Shown here in pieces: positions 62,375 to 64,000 of a DNA stretch of 64,000 nt; positions within the stretch are counted from its first letter, which is position 1; every line of letters begins with the position of its first letter. Made by a program: the position numbers and the translations under genes. Origin of the DNA: Glaucostegus cemiculus (taxonomy: Eukaryota); assembly GCA_976551045.1 (NCBI GenBank), contig CDPCPM010000050.1, positions 10,354,001-10,418,000 on the forward strand, read 5' to 3'. Below the pieces are notes generated by a model. It was not told the origin of the DNA. It did not search any database and saw nothing but the letters and a program-made list of their open reading frames with translations.

Positions 62375-62606
62375 TCTTGATCTGACCTCAAAAACCCTAA
62401 TTCAACCTCGGATTACGTTTGCTTCAATTTACACTAATGTTGTTATGTTGTTTTTTTGTTTATTGTGTCATTATCAGTTACGTATAATTTATGTTATTTT
62501 ATGTAATTTATGTTTGTAATATACTGTACAGCTGCTGCATAAAGCTAATTTTCATGGCATTTATACCCTGGGTATAAATGCCAATGACAATAAATTTAAA
62601 CTTGAA
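62375..62606 (+). mobile_element. Rex1-type LINE 3' UTR fragment
   Basis: ttcttgatctgacc...gctgctgc...stem-loop...gacaataaatttaaacttgaa. Confidence 0.6.
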
Positions 62607-62679
62607 TAAAACAAAAATCCCTTGGCATTATTGGAAAGTCAGTGGAATTATCCCTGGTCAATATTTATCTCTCAGTAAT

Positions 62680-63300
62680 TTGTTTTATTACATTATCAGG
62701 ATCTGAGCATCATTGGCAAGATCAGTATATTTTACACACCTCTAGTTGCCCTTAACAAGTGATGATGAGCTGCCTTCCTGAACCACTGCAGTCCTTGTGA
62801 TGAAGATAGTCCCACAGTGCTGTTGAGTTGGGAGGTCAAGAATTTCAACTCAGCGATGATGAAAGACCAGCAAGATGAGTCTGTTGCCCTTGTACTTCCT
62901 GGTGGAAGATATAAGATAAGGTATTTATTTATTAGTCATCAAAAAACACAGTGAAATGCATCTTTTTTGCATTACTGAGAATGTGCTGTGTTAGCACCAC
63001 TCTCAACATAGCATGCCCACAGCTCCTATCCTGTATGTCTTTTTTTGAAATGTGGGAGGAAACTGGAGCACCTGGAGGAAACTCACGCAGACACATGGGG
63101 ACAACAGGCAAACTCCTTACAGACAGTGGCAGGAATTGAACCCGGGTTGCAGGTATTGTAATAGGGTTATGCTAACCACTACCCTATTTGGGAGGTGTTG
63201 ATTAACTAGTCTAGGTGAGTAACTGCTGCCGGACACACTGCAACCACTGTGTGTCAGTGCTGGAGGGAACATATAGCACAGTGGATGGGGTGATGATCAA
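62680..63300 (-). mobile_element. CR1-clade 3' fragment (older family) containing a V-SINE
   Basis: gagctgccttcctgaaccactgcagtcc...cccacagtgctgtt is homologous to 30890-30950. Confidence 0.75.
62906..63185 (-). mobile_element. V-SINE, stem-loop/(ATCTT)-tail family
   Basis: aagataag tail, V-domain, and ggaattgaacccggg (B-box reverse complement). Confidence 0.85.
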
Positions 63301-63597
63301 TAACATTGAAACATTATCTTTTCATTTTCACCTTGCTGTTTGTTGTATCCTGCAGAGTTTGATTTAGTTGCTGTGTTTTCTACATTACAATACTGGCCAC
63401 TCTTAAAGTATTTAATTGGCTGTAAAACACTTGGAAACCCTGAAGTGGTGAAAGTTGTCAAGTAAGTGGTAATCTTTGACATGGTTGTAGGTTCTTTGAT
63501 GTGATGGAATGATGTTGCTGGTGGAGAATAGTAGTTGTCCACATGCAGTATGCCCTTTTACACTGAGTTTTCCTTTCACTATATTATTTTAAAGTGC

Positions 63598-63730
63598 AGA
63601 CACAAAAGACTGCAGATGTTGGAATCTGGAACAACAAACAAGCTGCTGGAGGAACTCAACTGGTCAGGCAGCATCTGTGAAGGGAAATGGACAGTCGACA
63701 TTTCAAGTCGAGATCCTTCATCTGGATTGG
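63598..63730 (-). mobile_element. Penelope pseudo-LTR, solo
   Basis: cacaaaagactgcagatgttggaatctgg...gacagtcgacatttcaagtcgagatccttcatctgg. Confidence 0.85.
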
Positions 63731-64000
63731 ACTACTACTATTTTACAAAGATCAGTCATTTACTATTGTTAGTAAACGGAGCCAATTTGAGAGAAAAATA
63801 CATTAGAATTATTTCATATTATCTTAATGGGTTATTAGAGTCTTTCTGACTTTTAACTGTATAGCCGACAAATCTGATGCACAAAATGAGATGCTGATGC
63901 CACCACTTATCACAGGTGTTTTAATGTTAATGCAATTTGCCCACCATGACAGTTAAACCATAACAGGTTGTATGACACTCCTCATTTAAACCTCTGCAAT

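Larger units (their letters stand above)
62152..63465 (+). mobile_element. Deu-domain SINE (SacSINE/AmnSINE-like) split into three pieces (62152-62345, 62610-62675, 63308-63465)
   Basis: Collinear blocks gggttcaggtcccac...gtactgaggg...aggccctgtc | aaatcccttggcattatt...ctggtcaatatttatctctca | ttgctgtttg...ctacattacaa...attggctgtaaa. Confidence 0.7.

Overview
This is vertebrate non-coding DNA, AT-rich and CpG-depleted with no CpG island. It most likely comes from a cartilaginous fish, probably a ray-type batoid; this is an inference from the HE1-type V-SINEs, HER1/CR1 LINE ends, Deu-domain SINEs and Penelope elements. It reads as a large intron or gene desert. I find no host protein-coding exon, tRNA, rRNA or CRISPR feature that I can support. 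Every ORF with a recognisable product is a transposon relic: Tx1/L1, RTE, CR1, Rex1/Babar, Penelope GIY-YIG, Gypsy gag and possibly a Harbinger Myb domain. The most notable structures are (1) a 5'-inverted Tx1 LINE with twin-priming geometry, (2) a 457-bp solo LTR with a perfect 5-bp TSD that splits a Myb/SANT-like frame, (3) about ten Penelope pseudo-LTRs carrying decayed hammerhead-ribozyme cores, (4) a V-SINE family whose tail matches Rex1-type LINE ends rather than CR1, (5) multi-level nested insertions, and (6) TE-free blocks with enhancer-like motif clusters and a few candidate small exons. I do not see evidence for a new multi-gene biological system. Family assignments come from recalled consensus motifs, not database searches, and most boundaries are approximate.
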